Shown here in pieces: positions 56,507 through 59,608 of a stretch of 59,608 nt of DNA. The position numbers were made by a program, and so were the translations under genes. The notes under the pieces are model-generated. The model saw only the letters and a list, made by a program, of their open reading frames with translations, had not been told where the DNA came from and did no database searches. The stretch comes from Planctomycetota bacterium. GTDB taxonomy: Bacteria > Planctomycetota > UBA1135 > GCA-002686595. Location of the stretch: the NCBI GenBank assembly GCA_039029355.1, contig JBCCGI010000051.1:1-59608 (forward strand). The letters run 5' to 3'. Within the stretch, counting starts at the first letter, position 1. Every line of letters starts with the position of its first letter.

Positions 56507-58713
56507 GCCTCTTGTCCTTCTCCTTGCTCGCTCGTCCGGCGCCGCATCCAGAGCGTCGCGCCGAAGAGCAACGCCATCCAAAGCCCGCCGAGGGCGGAGC
56601 CGGAACCACCGCTCCGGTCGCGCAGCGGGCGCACCGAGCAGCCGCCGCCTCCGCCGCCGCCGGAGTTGAACGCGAACGCGTTCACGAGCACCGAGGCCTG
56701 CCCGCTGCTCGCATCGCGCACCAGGACCGAGACCTTGCCCTTGGGATGCGTCGGGGTCTCGACTTCGAGCGTGGTCGAGTCGACGACCGTGACGCTGGCG
56801 GCAGCGGTGCCGCCAAGCCCGGTGTCCGGATCGATGCCGAAGACCACCTCGGCGTCGGCCGGGAAGTCGACGCCGGTCAGCGTCACCACCGTGCCGCCCG
56901 CGGGCTTGCCCTTGCCGGGCGAGATGTCGGCGGCCTGCGGGTCGTCCTGGGCCACGTAGACGAACGCTCCGGACGCGATGCCGCTGCCGGGGTTCTCGAC
57001 CTCGAGCAGGTACGGACCGCCGGCGACGCCGCCTTCGGTCACGATGCGGACGCGCGTGGCGTCGTCGACGGTCACGTTGGTCTGGGTCACGCCGTTGATG
57101 CGGACCGACAGCGCGGGCGTGAAGTCGTTGCCGCGCAGGATCACCTCGGTGCCGCCGTCGGCGTCGCCGGACGGCGGGAACACCGACGTCAGGACGGGGA
57201 GCGCGGCCACGTCGAAGCCGTCGACCAGGCGCCCCTCGACACCGGTGGAGTCGATGACCACGACGTCGTGCGTCCCCTCGACGGTCGCGAGCGTGGTGAG
57301 CGTGATGGTGTTCTCGTCGACCACCGTGCAGCCTCCGGGGACGCCGTCACGGTAGATCTGGTCGCCGAGCACGACCCGCGCGCCGGACTGGAAGTCGGCG
57401 CCCGAGACGGTGACGAACGTGCTGCCCGCGGCGGCGCCGATGGTCGGGGCGATGGTGCTGACCGTCGGGCTCGCCGGCGTGACCTCGCAAGCCGACGAGA
57501 GCACCGCGTAGTCTCCCGAAGGGTTCGTAACCGCCAGGTCGACGTGGCCGGGGATCTCTCCCGCGGGCACCGTGATCTGGAACGAGACGCTGCCGCCGAA
57601 CCAGGACACGCTGCTGAGGGTGATGTCGGGGTCGCTCACCGAGAGCGTCGACCCCACGACCAGCCCCGAGCCGCGCACCAGGTGCCCGACCGTCTCGCCC
57701 GACACGATCCGCAGCGGATAGACGTCGAAGCCCGAGCCGATGCCCAGCGCGACGTCGGCGCCCACCGAGAGCGTGCCGAGGTTGTCCACGCCGCCCGCGG
57801 GGACGGTCGCGTTCGAGCCGTAGAACGTCGCCTCGAAGTCGGTCTCGATCACGTGACCGTCGCTCAGGTTGGCCGAGCTGACCGGAGTATCGAGCGGATC
57901 GGCGTAGACCGAATAGCTGCCCGCCTCGAGGCCGAAGATCGTGAACGCGCCCGCCACGTCGGTGAGCCCGGCCCCCGCCGTGCGCCCCGAAGCGTCCAGC
58001 GCGACCACGTGCGCGCCGGCAACCGGCGTGCTGCCCGACTGGCGCACGACCGTGCCGGTGATGCGGCCCCAGGTCGTGGACGGCGCGATCTCGCGCGCAC
58101 CCGCGATCTCGTCGAGCGACATGCTGCGGTGCAGGATGCTCGTCGGATCCACGTACGGGTACATCGTCGCGCCGGCGCAGCCCGAGTGGTCGAGGCCGAG
58201 CAGGTGCCCCAGCTCGTGCGCTCCGACGTCGCCGACGTCGAAGTGGCCCGGCTGCTGGCTGGTGGTGAAGCTGAACTCCTGCCCGTTGAACAGGATGTCC
58301 GCGTCGGTGATCTGGCCGTTCAGGAAGAACCACAGCGGCGTGACGGCGACGATCCCGCTGCCGCCGCCGAAGAAGCCCGAGCTGTTGGTCTCGTCGAACC
58401 AGATCAGGTGGATGTTGTCGGCCGCCCAGTCGGTCCGCGCCTGCTGGACGGGATCGGTGTTCTCGACCAGCGTCAGGTCCGAGCCGGGGATGTCGTTCCA
58501 GTCCTGGATCGCCATGCGCAGCGCGGTCTCGGCGCTGCCGTCGGCGATGTTGTCCGAGCCGTCGGAGTTGACGACGATGCCGACGTTGCTGGGATTCGGC
58601 CAGAAGAGCGCCGCGCCGTCGCCGTTGACGCGCAGCCGCTCGTGGGCCAGCGCCCCGGCCGCGACGGCCAGGAGAGCTCCGCCGTACGGAAGGAGAGAGC
58701 GTAGGCGGAGCAT
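56503..58713 (-). CDS. Secreted M10-type metzincin metalloprotease with a CarbopepD_reg-like domain, three IPT/TIG domains and a C-terminal Gly-rich/Cys/TM/RRR sorting-signal-like tail.
   Basis: HELGHLLGLDHS...ATMYPY (HExxHxxGxxH plus Met-turn). Repeated ...PTIGAAAGSTFVTVSGADF... IPT units. Tail NSGGGGGGGCSVRPLRDRSGGSGSALGGLWMALLFGATLWMRRR. Confidence 0.8.
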   Translation of the reverse strand: MLRLRSLLPYGGALLAVAAGALAHERLRVNGDGAALFWPNPSNVGIVVNSDGSDNIADGSAETALRMAIQDWNDIPGSDLTLVENTDPVQQARTDWAADNIHLIWFDETNSSGFFGGGSGIVAVTPLWFFLNGQITDADILFNGQEFSFTTSQQPGHFDVGDVGAHELGHLLGLDHSGCAGATMYPYVDPTSILHRSMSLDEIAGAREIAPSTTWGRITGTVVRQSGSTPVAGAHVVALDASGRTAGAGLTDVAGAFTIFGLEAGSYSVYADPLDTPVSSANLSDGHVIETDFEATFYGSNATVPAGGVDNLGTLSVGADVALGIGSGFDVYPLRIVSGETVGHLVRGSGLVVGSTLSVSDPDITLSSVSWFGGSVSFQITVPAGEIPGHVDLAVTNPSGDYAVLSSACEVTPASPTVSTIAPTIGAAAGSTFVTVSGADFQSGARVVLGDQIYRDGVPGGCTVVDENTITLTTLATVEGTHDVVVIDSTGVEGRLVDGFDVAALPVLTSVFPPSGDADGGTEVILRGNDFTPALSVRINGVTQTNVTVDDATRVRIVTEGGVAGGPYLLEVENPGSGIASGAFVYVAQDDPQAADISPGKGKPAGGTVVTLTGVDFPADAEVVFGIDPDTGLGGTAAASVTVVDSTTLEVETPTHPKGKVSVLVRDASSGQASVLVNAFAFNSGGGGGGGCSVRPLRDRSGGSGSALGGLWMALLFGATLWMRRRTSEQGEGQEA

Positions 58714-59297
58714 CAGCGGGACTCCCCCTGCGCGCGCGTCGCCTCGATCTGCGCCAGCACCTCGGCATAGGGCAGGATCGCCACGCCGTCGGCTTCGCGG
58801 ACCTCGGTCGTGCCGGGACGCACGAGGCTCAGGCCCGCCTGCTCGCGCACCAGCACCTTCTCGCCGGTCGCCGACTGCACGACGCGGAACTTGCCCTGCG
58901 CCAGGCCGATCGGCATCCGCACGCCCGAGTCGCCCGCGTCGGTCAGGAACAGCAGCAGGTCCTCGCCCGGCTTCACGCCGGGCATCCCGGCCAGGAGCAT
59001 GCCACGCCCGTCGGGCAGGATGCCGCCGGGCAGACGGATGGCCCGCACCGGAAGGTCCACGCCCTTGAAGGTGCGCTTCACGTCGAGCACGAACTCGGTC
59101 TCGATGCGGCCGTCGGGCAACTCGAGCGCCTGCGCCGACAGGACGCGCGCCTCCACGATCAGCTCGGCGCGCGCGGCGAGCTCGGGGATGTCCATTCGGA
59201 TGGCGGTCCCAGCCTCGACCCCGCTGGAGCGGTGTCCGAAGACGGCAAGGGCACAGGAGACGATGAAGAGGCCTAGGAAGGCGGCTAGGAGGCGCAT
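58713..59297 (-). CDS. Hypothetical lipoprotein, first gene of the metzincin/pseudopilin operon.
   Basis: ATG at 59297. MRLLAAFLGLFIVSCA lipobox. Stop overlaps the metzincin start as ATGA. Confidence 0.5.
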   Translation of the reverse strand: MRLLAAFLGLFIVSCALAVFGHRSSGVEAGTAIRMDIPELAARAELIVEARVLSAQALELPDGRIETEFVLDVKRTFKGVDLPVRAIRLPGGILPDGRGMLLAGMPGVKPGEDLLLFLTDAGDSGVRMPIGLAQGKFRVVQSATGEKVLVREQAGLSLVRPGTTEVREADGVAILPYAEVLAQIEATRAQGESR

Positions 59298-59487
59298 GAA
59301 GGGGAGCGAGGTGTGGGGAGCGGCGCGGGGGGGCGCCGGCCTGGGGGCCTTTGGGTTGCGGACCACCGCCGGGGAGCGGCGGCCGCGGACCTGGGCCTCA
59401 TCGACTCCACGAAACCGTCTTCTTGAGAGGGCCCCCGCGCCGCCCACAAGGTGCGGAAGGAAGTTCCGCCCCGCGCCGCCGGGCACG

Positions 59488-59529
59488 AAAAAAGGGGCGC
59501 GCCGCCGGGGCGGCGCGCCCCGCGAAAAA
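59488..59529 (-). terminator. Strong rho-independent terminator for a minus-strand gene ending at the window edge.
   Basis: 11-bp perfect GC stem GGGGCGCGCCG / CGGCGCGCCCC with a 6-nt loop. On the minus strand it is followed by UUUUUU (the A6 at 59488-59493). A frame-3 stop lies at ~59595. Confidence 0.6.
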
Positions 59530-59608
59530 TCGCGGGACGAAGCGTCGTCGGACGCGACATCTCGAACAGCACGGTGCCGAGGTCGGACCGCGCGAACTCA
59601 ACCACCAC

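Noticed and set aside
59285-59608. 107-aa minus ORF at the window edge (MVVEFARSDLGTV...).
   Set aside because: The ORF reads straight through a canonical terminator hairpin (59494-59521 plus U6). A frame-3 stop at ~59595 fits better as the end of an upstream gene lying outside the window, so no CDS is called here.

Overview
59.6-kb window of very high-GC (~70%) bacterial chromosome. The gene content (many secreted peptidases, a class-I HMG-CoA reductase, a C-terminal Gly/Cys-TM-Arg sorting-signal-like tail, WD40/TPR/CHAT proteins) resembles Myxococcota or a similar high-GC Gram-negative; this placement is an inference. I trust about 43 protein-coding genes and found no rRNA, tRNA, CRISPR array or obvious mobile element. 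Because of the GC content, almost every gene has a long spurious antisense ORF (Arg/Pro/Ala-rich); I rejected these. Layout: (1) 0.5-13.5 kb, a long minus-strand array: Tex, DJ-1/PfpI, a PQQ-like propeller, a stand-alone EF-G paralog, an M23 peptidase, class-I HMG-CoA reductase, a porin-like beta-barrel and an S9 peptidase. (2) 13.6-27 kb: nucleoside deaminase, MORN lipoprotein, M14 carboxypeptidase, pcm, a nitroreductase-methyltransferase fusion, a WD40 / DUF1111 di-haem / secreted-protein operon, and an S10 carboxypeptidase. (3) 27-37 kb: a CHAT-TPR lipoprotein, an ECF sigma/anti-sigma pair, a BNR/sialidase-like propeller with a dockerin/EF-hand tail, a MauE-CxxC fusion, a PAP2 protein, and a convergent B12-binding radical-SAM enzyme behind a repeat-bearing leader. 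(4) 37-43 kb: flotillin/NfeD, DedA, H+-pyrophosphatase, RsfS. (5) 43.5-55.3 kb, the most unusual part: two translationally coupled sulfatase-fold lipoprotein paralogs whose catalytic signature reads T-x-P-S-H instead of C-x-P-x-R, then a compositionally atypical membrane-anchored 784-aa protein, a 12-Cys small secreted protein, two secreted unknowns and a GT-C (PMT/ArnT-like) glycosyltransferase. Together they look like a candidate extracytoplasmic protein or glycan decoration system. (6) 56-59.3 kb: an ATGA-coupled operon of a lipoprotein, an M10 metzincin with IPT domains and a sorting-signal-like tail, and a GspG-like pseudopilin that lacks the prepilin-peptidase motif. Smaller signals are also reported: C8 tracts abutting two start codons, a perfect 13-bp inverted repeat in the sigma-factor leader, a 26-nt tandem repeat after rsfS, and several GC hairpin terminators. 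All coordinates are approximate to within 1-2 nt. Function calls rest on motif recognition by eye, not on database searches.
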